A DNA stretch of 64,000 bases from Oculina patagonica (taxonomy: Eukaryota): assembly GCF_052425735.1 (NCBI RefSeq), contig NC_135763.1, positions 37,882,001 through 37,946,000 on the forward strand, written 5' to 3'. Both the position numbers and the translations under genes were made by a program. Below the pieces are notes generated by a model. It was not told the origin of the DNA, ran no database searches, and saw only the letters and a program-made list of their open reading frames with translations. Every line of letters begins with the position of its first letter. Within the stretch, counting starts at the first letter, position 1. This document shows positions 9,722 through 18,941 of the stretch, in pieces.

Positions 9722-9997
9722 ATGGAAAGCACAGACAGCGATTCCAGCCAAACTCAAACTCAAACCCAACAAGTCAACGGTGTCTTTGTACAAGGAGATC
9801 CCAAGGACTGGGAACCATTGCCTTACTATAGGGATCTAAAAAGGGACGATTTTCAGTCGGACGAAAATTACCTATTGGCGCGCGCGAAACGTGGCATGGA
9901 AGCAGGCTACACGTTAATGCAGTGTCAAGAGCATTGGATGTGCGATCTCGAGAGGGCATTACACAAAGGTTTGGCCGAAGCAAGCCAAGAGCAGTAA
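9722..9997 (+). CDS. Hypothetical Maverick protein (91 aa)
   Basis: ATG ~40 nt downstream of a TATA box; abuts the next ORF. Confidence 0.6.
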   Translation: MESTDSDSSQTQTQTQQVNGVFVQGDPKDWEPLPYYRDLKRDDFQSDENYLLARAKRGMEAGYTLMQCQEHWMCDLERALHKGLAEASQEQ

Positions 9998-9998
9998 C

Positions 9999-10769
9999 AT
10001 GGGTACGAGAGAAAACTGGATGGACCTGGAACAACGCCTCTTCTACACCAATTGTACAAAGCTAGAAAAAAAGATCCAGACCGACACGGGAATGAGTACG
10101 TTGTCGTTAGACTATCCCACCACCATACCCGAAAACATTCCAAGGAGAGTCTATGTCTTCGAGGACATGGTGAAAGAGCGCGGGTGTGCCAAAAACCGCG
10201 TCACCGAAAGTGAATGGCTCAAAGAGAACCCTCACTGGAAGGGAGCCGTCCTAACGACTCTCAAAGACATTGGGCACGGTTATCTCTGGGATAGACATTG
10301 GAATGAATTTGTCTACGTGCCATTACAGCGAGCCTTTTTCTTCGCGACGTCTCGCAACCCGCCGCCCATTGGCAACGGCGTCTCGTTCTGGTTGAACGCG
10401 AACGTCGGCGACTTTGACGAACGGAGTGGTTTAGACGATCTCATCGCCCCGTTGAGAGCGAGTGTAGCCCTAAGCCAGACATTGTCTGCTTTCTTGAAAC
10501 AACCCATCACGGTCGACGCAAACACGTACGAAGAACTGTGCAACCAACTGGCAACTCAAGTAAAATTGCAACGCCTAGAAAGCAATCGCTGGCAAGAAAT
10601 AGCGGATAGACTGTTAGACAGAGATCTCTGCAACCGTTGCGCCATGGATAAAGACGAAGCTTACCTGGGCGACGACTACCAAAAAGCCAAACTGTGGAGA
10701 CCTAGAAGTTGTGAAACATGTACAAAATCTTTTGATAACATATTTATTGATGCAGGCTATTTAAATTGA
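9999..10769 (+). CDS. Hypothetical Maverick protein (256 aa, C-terminal CxxC...CxxC)
   Basis: Long ORF with CNRC and CETC pairs, followed by AATAAA at ~10779. Confidence 0.7.
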   Translation: MGTRENWMDLEQRLFYTNCTKLEKKIQTDTGMSTLSLDYPTTIPENIPRRVYVFEDMVKERGCAKNRVTESEWLKENPHWKGAVLTTLKDIGHGYLWDRHWNEFVYVPLQRAFFFATSRNPPPIGNGVSFWLNANVGDFDERSGLDDLIAPLRASVALSQTLSAFLKQPITVDANTYEELCNQLATQVKLQRLESNRWQEIADRLLDRDLCNRCAMDKDEAYLGDDYQKAKLWRPRSCETCTKSFDNIFIDAGYLN

Positions 10770-10796
10770 CGTTGTATAAATAAAAGTTCATTTGTC

Positions 10797-11108
10797 ATGG
10801 ATCTGTATGGAAAGTGGGAGTGGTTGAAAAGATTGTGCGAGAAAGCGTATGCTGAATTTGGGAGGGGTATAGATATACCGGAAGATACAAGTGACTCCCC
10901 CTTGAGAGTGTTCGAAGCCACTCACATAGAAATAAACTATTTCAGATTGATACCGTTTATATTATGGTTGAGACATTTCAAGGATCCAGCCGAGCTGTTT
11001 GCTTCTATTTACAAACTTCATCCGACCACGATCGAAGCAGCAGCTCATAAATTACACGGCACTTATATGAGGGTGATCAGAGCGTCGTCGACATGCCAAA
11101 GAAGCTGA
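10797..11108 (+). CDS. Hypothetical Maverick protein (103 aa)
   Basis: Fills the gap before the integrase and overlaps its start. Confidence 0.5.
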   Translation: MDLYGKWEWLKRLCEKAYAEFGRGIDIPEDTSDSPLRVFEATHIEINYFRLIPFILWLRHFKDPAELFASIYKLHPTTIEAAAHKLHGTYMRVIRASSTCQRS

Positions 11109-12172
11109 AAAAGGATGAAAAAATACTTTCGGACTACCACGATCCCAGTCAACCGGGTAGCTTGGGTGGGATAGCAAGATTCGCCAAATCGCACAAGATA
11201 TCCGTCGACACAGCCAAAAAAGTATTGGAGCGCGATTTGGGTTATACCCTTCACAAACCGCGCAGACGTCGTTTCGCCACGTTACCGGTCCTGGTGTTTA
11301 ACGTCGACCAGCAGTGGGTAGCCGATTTAGTGGAAACGCAACCGTTGTCCAAATACAACAAGGGTCACAGATATCTACTCAACGTGATCGACGTCTTGTC
11401 TAAATATGCCTGGGTGGAACCCCTAAAAGACAAGACGGGAAAAACGGTGTCGGACGCCTTTGCCAAGATTTTGAAACGAGCCGATGGACGCAAACCTCAG
11501 AACCTACAGACCGACGACGGGAAAGAATTTTACAACAAGACGTTTGCCGCGTTGATGAAACGAGAAGGCATCCACCACTTTTCCACGGCCGGAGAAACCA
11601 AAGCCAGCATCGTGGAACGCTTCAACCGCACTCTCAAGGAACGCATGTACAGATACTTTACCGCCAAGAACACGCTCAGTTACCTACCTGTACTCCAGGC
11701 CTTGGTGAGAGGTTACAACGGATCCCACCATCGTAGCATCGGCACCAGCCCCGAGACAGTGAATGCGAGCAACGAAGGAAAAGTGTGGGAACGCCTGTAC
11801 GCGAAGAGATTGTCGTCGGGTAAAAGAGAACGAAAAACCCCGCTAAAAGTAGGAGAACGCGTGAGATTGAACAAGAAATTTCGCACGTTCGAGAAAGGGT
11901 ATTTACCCGGCTGGACCGAAGAAGTGTTTGTGATACGAGAGGTGCGTCGGGGACCACCCGTCACGACTTACAAGATCCAAGAGTTGGACGACACCCCCCT
12001 TCGCGGTACGTTTTACAAGGAAGATCTACAAAAAGTCGCAGTGTCCGACGACGATGTCTTCAGGGTAAACAAGATCGTCAAACGAAAAGGAAATAAAGTC
12101 TTGGTGCACTGGAAAGGCTGGCCAGACAAGTACGACAGCTGGATCGAGAAGACGGCTCTAAAAAAATCATGA
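11093..12172 (+). CDS. Retroviral-like (rve) integrase with C-terminal chromodomain-like region
   Basis: WVADL...QTDDGKEF...VERFNRTLK DDE triad; C-terminal VLVHWKGWPDKYDSWI. Confidence 0.96.
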   Translation: MPKKLKKDEKILSDYHDPSQPGSLGGIARFAKSHKISVDTAKKVLERDLGYTLHKPRRRRFATLPVLVFNVDQQWVADLVETQPLSKYNKGHRYLLNVIDVLSKYAWVEPLKDKTGKTVSDAFAKILKRADGRKPQNLQTDDGKEFYNKTFAALMKREGIHHFSTAGETKASIVERFNRTLKERMYRYFTAKNTLSYLPVLQALVRGYNGSHHRSIGTSPETVNASNEGKVWERLYAKRLSSGKRERKTPLKVGERVRLNKKFRTFEKGYLPGWTEEVFVIREVRRGPPVTTYKIQELDDTPLRGTFYKEDLQKVAVSDDDVFRVNKIVKRKGNKVLVHWKGWPDKYDSWIEKTALKKS

Positions 12173-13200
12173 GCCACGAGGAAGGATTTTACGTCACGTT
12201 ACCCAGTCACAGCAGCGGAACCGAGTTTCCAGAGAATAGAGCAAACTCTTTCAAGGTGCGATTACCTCACCCGCTACGATTAGAAGGAACCGGTTGGAAA
12301 GTGGGATTGAGTAGCATTTCCGTGCCAGATGCCAGCATCGACTTAACTCGCTTTAAGTCGTTCAAGTTTCCTCTCTTGAGTGCTCAGTGGATGCTCAAGC
12401 GCAAAGACAACGAGGGTCGCGTGCAAAGCAAGTCGGTGACCACCGATCTGACGTTCCAGGACATTCTATATGACGACAACATCGTGGATGGCCTCAGTTT
12501 CATGAAAGCCCTGGTCTTCAAGTTCGATCAAGTCAAAGAATACAAGCGTATCGTGGGAGACTTGACCAAGTCGCCCGATAATGGAAAGCAGTGGGAATAT
12601 ACGTTCAAGTGGGAAGGTGAAGAACTAGTCCTCGACAACTCGAACTTGGACGTCTCGGAAGTGAAAACTGAAGGCGTCCCATATTACATGTCTTTCAACG
12701 AGGATTTGGCCTTTGACATGGGATGGGTAAAAAAGGACGAGAAAGAAAACGTGTTTCTCGGGCCGAACCTGAAGCCGGAATGCCACCACGCTACGATACC
12801 CGATCCTATAGACGTGGATGATTTTGGAGAGGGCAAGAAAAATTTCTGGGTTGTTGAGAATGGACAGCTTTTCTTGAGTTGCTATTGCAACTGGCGCTTT
12901 GTGAAACTCAACAGAGCCTTCCAAAAAGTGATTGGAGATGCATCGCGTACGCTTTTCGTTTACTCAGATGTGGGTGGTAGTTCCGTTGTGGGAAATCAAG
13001 TCACGGATCTGTTGCGGGAAATTCACTTTCAACGTGAAGGAAAAGGGATCAAGTACTTTGAACCTCTCCACATACAATATATTCCACTCCGCAACCAGAT
13101 CGTGGACATTATTGAAACGCAAGTGAGCGAGACTACAGGTAAACTGGTGGATTTTGGCGAAGGCAACACGATCGTGACCTTACATATCAAGCGAACATGA
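12169..13200 (+). CDS. Minor capsid protein/penton (PX)
   Basis: FYVTLPS...FPENRANSFKVRLP...WKVGL N-terminus and LFVYSD...LLREI...YIPL...VTLHIK C-terminus, typical of Polinton penton. Confidence 0.85.
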   Translation: MSHEEGFYVTLPSHSSGTEFPENRANSFKVRLPHPLRLEGTGWKVGLSSISVPDASIDLTRFKSFKFPLLSAQWMLKRKDNEGRVQSKSVTTDLTFQDILYDDNIVDGLSFMKALVFKFDQVKEYKRIVGDLTKSPDNGKQWEYTFKWEGEELVLDNSNLDVSEVKTEGVPYYMSFNEDLAFDMGWVKKDEKENVFLGPNLKPECHHATIPDPIDVDDFGEGKKNFWVVENGQLFLSCYCNWRFVKLNRAFQKVIGDASRTLFVYSDVGGSSVVGNQVTDLLREIHFQREGKGIKYFEPLHIQYIPLRNQIVDIIETQVSETTGKLVDFGEGNTIVTLHIKRT

Positions 13201-13454
13201 GAGGCGGTGCCCTGACGCGTTTCACACCGGATCCTCCACCTCAAGAGGGGAACGGATTTTTGGCCGACATCGTGAGAGAGTCTCTGGGTGGAGCCGTGAG
13301 AGGATTTAAGAGTGGGCGCGGCGTCGCGGACCGCATTCGTAAAGCGGGTCAAGGAGCCAAGAGTGGTCCTAAACGAGTCGTGAAACGCAAACTGAAAAAC
13401 GTCATAGAACGAAAAGTCAAGAGAAAACTGAACGACATCTTTGCCGAAAAATGA
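13197..13454 (+). CDS. Small basic core-like protein
   Basis: K/R-rich with MRGG and QEGNG putative adenain sites; ATGA overlaps at both ends. Confidence 0.65.
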   Translation: MRGGALTRFTPDPPPQEGNGFLADIVRESLGGAVRGFKSGRGVADRIRKAGQGAKSGPKRVVKRKLKNVIERKVKRKLNDIFAEK

Positions 13455-13687
13455 ATCCCGTTTACTCGCGATCGTCTAGATTGGTCCGATCCAAACGCGC
13501 CCCCGTCAGACAGCGGGGAGAAGGATTCTCACTGGCACTTTTGAACCAGGCCTTGTTGGGACAAAAGAGCCGACGACGAAAAGTACAAAAGGGCGGGTGG
13601 ATAGGTCCCGAGGTCAGAAAGCCTCCTGGCTACGACTGGATACAGACCTTACGGAAGCGCAGTGGAAGAAGGAAGAGAAGACGATGA
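13451..13687 (+). CDS. Small basic core-like protein
   Basis: R-rich with QRGEG and QKGG motifs; ATGA overlaps at both ends. Confidence 0.65.
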   Translation: MNPVYSRSSRLVRSKRAPVRQRGEGFSLALLNQALLGQKSRRRKVQKGGWIGPEVRKPPGYDWIQTLRKRSGRRKRRR

Positions 13688-15087
13688 CCGAAACCATCTC
13701 GAGTGCCTACCCGCAGTCGAGACGCGAGGCCAATCCTCGATTGGATCTATTCGCCGTACCACCGACAGACGTCAGCGTCTCGTCGTATCGGATGGTCCCC
13801 GTTCAGACCTACACCACAGGCATCAATCCGGTGGAGTTTCAGATCGACCCCCAAGAAGATTACATCGATCTCAGCCGTAGCTTTTTCGAGGTAGAATTGC
13901 AACTGAAGAAAGACAACGATGAGAACGTGGCAGCTGCCGACAAGCTGTGGCCCGTCAACAATCTAGCCCATTCTCTGTTCAAGCAAATCAGCGTGCGTCT
14001 CAACGGTACTCTCATCAGTCCCCAGACGGACACGTACCATTACAGAGCCTTCTTGGAAACGTTGCTGAATTACGACAGACGTGATGGAGAAACCATTTTG
14101 AAACCTCAAGGATGGTACAATCATATCGATTTCCCAGCCACGTGGACGGACAATAACACGAACACTGCAGCCAACGCTGGAGCTGGACACGCAGACTATG
14201 TAGCCCTGACCGCCAATCACAAGGAGGCTCTCAAGAACTCTAAAGCAGAACAAGCCAATTACACGGAAGGCAAGCGACACGTGTTGCGTTTCAAGCCCCT
14301 CATCGAAGTGTTTCATCTGAGCAAGTTGTTGGTACCCAGAGTGCAAATAGGAATACAGATGTACTTCAATTCTCCCGACGTGTTCTTGAACGGAGTGGGT
14401 CTTGCAGGAAAGTTGACGGCCGAGGAAGTCAAAGTTCGATTGTACCTGTGTCAAGTGCGTCTCAATCCCACGACGTACAGGAGACTGATGGATGAGATGA
14501 CCACCAAGAGTCAAGTGGTGAGTTACCCGACCGTGAGAAGCGAGATTCGGACCTTCAACATGCAGGGAGATCAACGACGGTACGAATGCACCAACTTGTT
14601 CCAAGGAAGAATTCCCAACCGCGTGATCGTGGGTATGGTACTGTCCACAGCCTTCACCGGGAACGTGGTCAACGATCCCTTCTGTTTTCAGAAGTTTGGA
14701 ATGAGCAGCATAAAACAACTCGTGGGAGGAGAAGAGTATCCTTACGAGACGCTAGAGTTGGTCCACAACGATGGCACCAAAGATCTCAGAGGGTACCACC
14801 GTTTCTTGCAAGCCACCGGATGCCTGTGCAAGCAGCAAGGAAACATGGTGAGAGGTGACGATTGGGGACAAGGAAAGAATTGCACGTTATTCGTGTTCGA
14901 CAACGTGGCCAATGGATGCGTGGACAGTTACAGGATGAACCCCAAGCAAGCCGGAAATCTACTAATAGAGCTGAACTTTGGAGCCAACCCAGCTGTGAAC
15001 TTGACCATCATCGTGTACGGAGAGTTTGAGAATCTCTTGGAGATTGACAAGAACAAAGCCGTGTTGTACGACGTGTACCAGCGTTAG
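13684..15087 (+). CDS. Major capsid protein (PY, double jelly-roll)
   Basis: LDLF..PPT, YIDLSRS, NNLAHSLFKQI, YHYRAFLETLLNY and IPNRVIVGMV motifs of Polinton MCP. The ATG at 13684 is preferred over the 13597 start given in the ORF track. Confidence 0.92.
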   Translation: MTETISSAYPQSRREANPRLDLFAVPPTDVSVSSYRMVPVQTYTTGINPVEFQIDPQEDYIDLSRSFFEVELQLKKDNDENVAAADKLWPVNNLAHSLFKQISVRLNGTLISPQTDTYHYRAFLETLLNYDRRDGETILKPQGWYNHIDFPATWTDNNTNTAANAGAGHADYVALTANHKEALKNSKAEQANYTEGKRHVLRFKPLIEVFHLSKLLVPRVQIGIQMYFNSPDVFLNGVGLAGKLTAEEVKVRLYLCQVRLNPTTYRRLMDEMTTKSQVVSYPTVRSEIRTFNMQGDQRRYECTNLFQGRIPNRVIVGMVLSTAFTGNVVNDPFCFQKFGMSSIKQLVGGEEYPYETLELVHNDGTKDLRGYHRFLQATGCLCKQQGNMVRGDDWGQGKNCTLFVFDNVANGCVDSYRMNPKQAGNLLIELNFGANPAVNLTIIVYGEFENLLEIDKNKAVLYDVYQR

Positions 15088-15089
15088 TG

Positions 15090-15659
15090 ATGGAGAAAGT
15101 GACTTTGAATAACGTGCAATTGGATCAGTTGGCCAGACATCACCCTTGGTTGAAACCTTATTTTTACGGGACAGTGGCCTGCGATCGATTACCTCGCAAA
15201 CCATTCAAGACGGAAGCCCGCGGGTACATCGTCAACACCGATCCTCACTACATGCGCGGTCGGCATTGGATCGCGCTGTGGACGAATGGAAACGTGTGCG
15301 AAGTATTGGACAGTTACGCCTTACCCCTAGAAGTGTACCAGACGGCGCAACCGTTGCAAGATTGGTTGGACGCTCATTGGAAGTACGTGGAGCGCAACGG
15401 ACAGAGTCTACAATCGTTGTACAGTCAGAGCTGCGGCGATTACGCGTTGATGTATCTCATCGATAGGGCCGAAGGACGTAGCATGAGTCAATTCGAAGCG
15501 AGATTCAAGAAACACGATTACGTGTACAATGATCATAAAGTTGGGCAAATGTTGAAGCAATTGATCTCGAAGGAAACGTCGTGGCACAAAATTTGTCAGA
15601 TGGAATACCATCAGGATTGTGAACCGTCTCTCTGCGGTGTAAGACACTTGTTGTTGTGA
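15090..15659 (+). CDS. Adenain-like cysteine maturation protease
   Basis: IVNTD...GRHWIAL (His), DSY (Asp), QSLYSQSCG (Gln/Cys). Confidence 0.93.
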   Translation: MEKVTLNNVQLDQLARHHPWLKPYFYGTVACDRLPRKPFKTEARGYIVNTDPHYMRGRHWIALWTNGNVCEVLDSYALPLEVYQTAQPLQDWLDAHWKYVERNGQSLQSLYSQSCGDYALMYLIDRAEGRSMSQFEARFKKHDYVYNDHKVGQMLKQLISKETSWHKICQMEYHQDCEPSLCGVRHLLL

Positions 15660-15791
15660 GATGACAAATAAAAACGTGGAAATAAATAAGGTGTGTGTCG
15701 TCTGTCGCTCGGGAGATCGGGATTCGTTGCAGACTTTTTTTCTGCAACATGCTTATATCATTGCTCGTTTTTTGACGAATGTCATTTCGCC

Positions 15792-16457
15792 ATGGAGCGC
15801 GGTGAAGCCTTTAGCTTTCGGATGCCCTCTAGCATTTTGATCGTGGGCCCCTCTAGCTGCGGAAAGACTTGTTTTACCGAGTCGGTACTTTTGAACCACT
15901 CAAAAGAGTTGTTTAGTACACCCCCTGAGACCATTCATTACTGTTTTGGGGCTTGGCAAGACGGTTTCGCGCACATGAAAAAGCGAGGCGTGAAATTTCA
16001 CGAAGGGATTCCCGAAGAAGTAGATTTGACCAAATGGTCTCCCCGTGGAGGGGTGATGGTATTGGACGATCTGATGGAAGAAGGAGGAAACGACAAGAGA
16101 GTATTGGATCTGTTCACCAAACTTTCCCACCACAGGAACATCACCGTCCTGTACTTGTGTCAAGACATGTTTCCGCCGGGAAAATACGCCAAGAGCATTT
16201 CTCGAAATGCGCATTACATCGTGGCTTTCAAGAACCCTCGCGATCAATTGGGCATGAGGAATTTACTGTTACAAGCGTTTCCCTCCCGATGGCAAGATGT
16301 GATGGACGTCTACACCAAGACGACGGAAAGACCCTTTGGTTACATGGTATTGGATCTACACCCTGCCAGTGGCGACGACAGACGGATTTTTAGCCACCTC
16401 TTAAAAGACGAGGGATGCATGAGATGTTACAGATTCGTTCGAGATGTTCGTACGTAA
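15792..16457 (+). CDS. A32/FtsK-like packaging ATPase
   Basis: Walker A GPSSCGKT, Walker B MVLDDLM, SHHRNITV..LCQ, ISRNAHY. First ATG at 15792. Confidence 0.94.
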   Translation: MERGEAFSFRMPSSILIVGPSSCGKTCFTESVLLNHSKELFSTPPETIHYCFGAWQDGFAHMKKRGVKFHEGIPEEVDLTKWSPRGGVMVLDDLMEEGGNDKRVLDLFTKLSHHRNITVLYLCQDMFPPGKYAKSISRNAHYIVAFKNPRDQLGMRNLLLQAFPSRWQDVMDVYTKTTERPFGYMVLDLHPASGDDRRIFSHLLKDEGCMRCYRFVRDVRT

Positions 16458-16683
16458 CGATCACGTGTGGCACGCGTTCTTGGACCTGTGCAGTCGTCAT
16501 TTCGAGCGTATGAGAGAAGAGGACATGGATTACGACGCCATGCAAACCGTGCTACATTTGGCCGAAAAGCGCCAGATGTGGAAATTCGTGAGAGAATATA
16601 ACGAGACTTACTTCAGCGAATTGATCCAGACATTAGAAGAGAGAGCTAGAAAGACATGTCAAGACATTCGCCAGCAGGAGTAG
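16444..16683 (+). CDS. Hypothetical Maverick protein (79 aa)
   Basis: Tiles between the ATPase and the next ORF. Confidence 0.5.
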   Translation: MFVRNDHVWHAFLDLCSRHFERMREEDMDYDAMQTVLHLAEKRQMWKFVREYNETYFSELIQTLEERARKTCQDIRQQE

Positions 16684-17057
16684 GAACCAGTCCTAGTGCC
16701 ATTCCAATCGTCGACGTCAACCGAGGGGGATTGGAACAGACATTGGATCGAATCGACCCCATAGTCCTTAGACGGTACTTGGATCAATTACCGTCTCCTG
16801 CAGTGGGTACGGGAACTTTGAGACCTTCTTCCTCGAGGTCCAACGTACCTGCTGGTCAAGGAACGCTAACGGGTGGTCCACACCAATTGAATCAAGACGA
16901 CATGCAACGTCAATTGCAAATGCTGTTCAACGATCAACGTCAAGTGGCGGCTGGACGTCGCATCGCAGGCATCACCACGACAAACACCATCACTACGACC
17001 TATAAAGACGGGGGACGACCGACCGTTCGTCGTACCTCGACGAGAGTGAGCCATTAA
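16656..17057 (+). CDS. Hypothetical Maverick protein (133 aa)
   Basis: Tiled ORF with a Thr/Arg-rich C-terminus. Confidence 0.55.
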   Translation: MSRHSPAGVGTSPSAIPIVDVNRGGLEQTLDRIDPIVLRRYLDQLPSPAVGTGTLRPSSSRSNVPAGQGTLTGGPHQLNQDDMQRQLQMLFNDQRQVAAGRRIAGITTTNTITTTYKDGGRPTVRRTSTRVSH

Positions 17058-17059
17058 AG

Positions 17060-17554
17060 ATGTCCCTACTAAACGGTTCGAAGACGAACTTGGATCCAGA
17101 CCTGTTACACAGATTGGACGGATTGTATACCTTTTACCACAAAAAGTGGTGGTGTCATCGTCAAATGTTTTACCATTTTAAGTGGTGTCATGCTTCATTG
17201 AATGCTTTGGCTTTGTTCATCGTGGCAGCGGGTGTCATTGCGGGTTCCCTTACAGAAAATAGTGTTATTGTGGCATGCCTAACTTCAGCTGGGACTGTCG
17301 TCAAGGGCTGGAACGATTTCAAGAAATATTCGTTCAAAGTGGACGTATGTCGTTTTGCCTACACCAGCTACGACAAGACGTTGATCGAATTGAGAACGTA
17401 CGCGCGCGGTCTTCCGATGGACGAACTAGAAGGATTCTTGATCAAGATGCAAACTCTAGATGACACGATCACCGATTTCACGCCGCCCGTGGCCGACAAG
17501 TACGTGCAAGCGTACGAACGACAACACGATAAATCCGAAGGTACCCCCGTCTGA
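17060..17554 (+). CDS. Predicted membrane protein with hydrophobic hairpin
   Basis: LNALALFIVAAGVIAGSL and SVIVACLTSAGTVV segments flanked by charged helices. Confidence 0.65.
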   Translation: MSLLNGSKTNLDPDLLHRLDGLYTFYHKKWWCHRQMFYHFKWCHASLNALALFIVAAGVIAGSLTENSVIVACLTSAGTVVKGWNDFKKYSFKVDVCRFAYTSYDKTLIELRTYARGLPMDELEGFLIKMQTLDDTITDFTPPVADKYVQAYERQHDKSEGTPV

Positions 17555-17572
17555 AGTGACAGTTATGGTAGG

Positions 17573-17794
17573 ATGGGAAGAACGAAACGTAAGGCCAGAA
17601 GAAAGAGGCAGCGAGGTGGGGCTCTCGCGAGACGTAAACATCGTTTGGTGGACAAGATAGCCGAGGGGGCCAGCATGTTTCTCTCGGGTCCTTCACCCAC
17701 ATTCTTCACGTTGGGTGGTAAATTGGCCAGTCAAGGATTTAAAGGGATAATGGATAATGTAAATCATTATAGACGTAGACCGCGACGACGATAG
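17573..17794 (+). CDS. Small basic core-like protein
   Basis: Poly-R N-terminus followed by QRGG and an amphipathic segment. Confidence 0.6.
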   Translation: MGRTKRKARRKRQRGGALARRKHRLVDKIAEGASMFLSGPSPTFFTLGGKLASQGFKGIMDNVNHYRRRPRRR

Positions 17795-17798
17795 GACC

Positions 17799-18005
17799 AT
17801 GAGGAGAAAGAAACGTGTGACGCAAAGGCGGAGACGTGCTGGCAGGAGAAGAATAGGACAGAAGGGTGGTATTTTACCCTTAGCAGCCTTGATACCAGCT
17901 TTGATCGCGGGTGGAAAAGCAATCGCTTTGGGTGCTGCATCGGGTGCTGCAGGTTGGGGTGCAAAGAAAGCCTTGGATGCAGCCACTCGAAAGAAAAAGA
18001 GATAA
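17799..18005 (+). CDS. Small basic protein with post-cleavage hydrophobic helix
   Basis: Poly-R followed by QKGG|ILPLAALIPALIAGG. Confidence 0.65.
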   Translation: MRRKKRVTQRRRRAGRRRIGQKGGILPLAALIPALIAGGKAIALGAASGAAGWGAKKALDAATRKKKR

Positions 18006-18073
18006 AAACACTATAAGAGGATGGGGGCATTGGGCGTCACCGGTAGTTACAACAGACTGCATTCTGTGACAAG

Positions 18074-18277
18074 ATGGTGCGAGGAAGAAAGATAGTAAGG
18101 AGAAGACGAAAACAACCTAAAAGAGGACCCGTGTGGAGAGGAGAGGGTTTATTGGACATACTCAAGTTTGCCGGCAAGTTAGGTTATAAATTGGGAAAGG
18201 ACAAACACTATAAGAGGATGGGGGCAAAGGGCGTCACCGGTAGTTACAACCGACGTCCAGCCCCGTGGGAAGTATGA
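18074..18277 (+). CDS. Small basic protein with amphipathic helix
   Basis: Poly-R followed by WRGEG|LLDILKFAGKLG. Confidence 0.6.
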   Translation: MVRGRKIVRRRRKQPKRGPVWRGEGLLDILKFAGKLGYKLGKDKHYKRMGAKGVTGSYNRRPAPWEV

Positions 18278-18609
18278 ATCGATTACGTCGACAGCGTCCG
18301 TTCTTGGAGAGCATTCTGAGAGAAGCCAATCGGTTCAAGCGAGAAGAGATGTTACAGCACGCCAACGCCGATCAGATCAACGCCGTGAGTGAGATGGTAT
18401 TGAATTTGCTCAAGAACCGCATTCCGCTCAGTCCACCGATCACCGCCAAGCTGCGACGATATAAGAAGGTCTTGCGCAAACTGGGTAAGCGCAGAAACTC
18501 GTTGAAGAGAAGGCGAGAAGGTCTCCTGTCACAGAAGGGTAGTGGGTTTTGGAAAGGACTGCAACAGATCTACCAAGCATGTCTCTGCAAAACACCCTCC
18601 AGACAATGA
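18274..18609 (+). CDS. Conserved Polinton PW-like basic protein
   Basis: INAVSEMVLNLLKNRIPL...LRRYKKVLRKL...QKGSGF pattern; ATGA overlap start. Confidence 0.65.
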   Translation: MNRLRRQRPFLESILREANRFKREEMLQHANADQINAVSEMVLNLLKNRIPLSPPITAKLRRYKKVLRKLGKRRNSLKRRREGLLSQKGSGFWKGLQQIYQACLCKTPSRQ

Positions 18610-18941
18610 TGAAGATGTTACGCGAATCGGCGGACAGAGAAGCAGAGTGGGAAAAGAGAGCAGACCATTGGCACAAAGCCTACGCCCGCGTCAATCATGA
18701 CTATTTGGCTTTAAAATACGACGCAGAGTGCGAAGATTGCATTCGAGAGAGGCAAGAGACTCCGGAAGGAAAGACCCTAGTACTGTGCCAGGAGTGTAGC
18801 GACAAGTGTACATCGAGAAGCGACTTGAAAAGGCGCCTAGACAAGTTAGAAGAGGAAGTTCGTTACTGGCAAGGGTGTTACGAAAGCTTGTTGGAAGAAT
18901 ACTTCAAAGATGACCGAGGAAGTCGTGATGGTTCCCGCTAA
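18579..18941 (+). CDS. Coiled-coil protein with zinc-ribbon insertion
   Basis: Helical heptads interrupted by CEDC...CQEC. Start codon uncertain. Confidence 0.55.
   Translation: MSLQNTLQTMMKMLRESADREAEWEKRADHWHKAYARVNHDYLALKYDAECEDCIRERQETPEGKTLVLCQECSDKCTSRSDLKRRLDKLEEEVRYWQGCYESLLEEYFKDDRGSRDGSR

Noticed and set aside
13597-13683. Extended MCP N-terminus from the ORF track
   Set aside because: Non-ATG start overlapping a basic ORF; the ATG at 13684 fits the ATGA coupling pattern.
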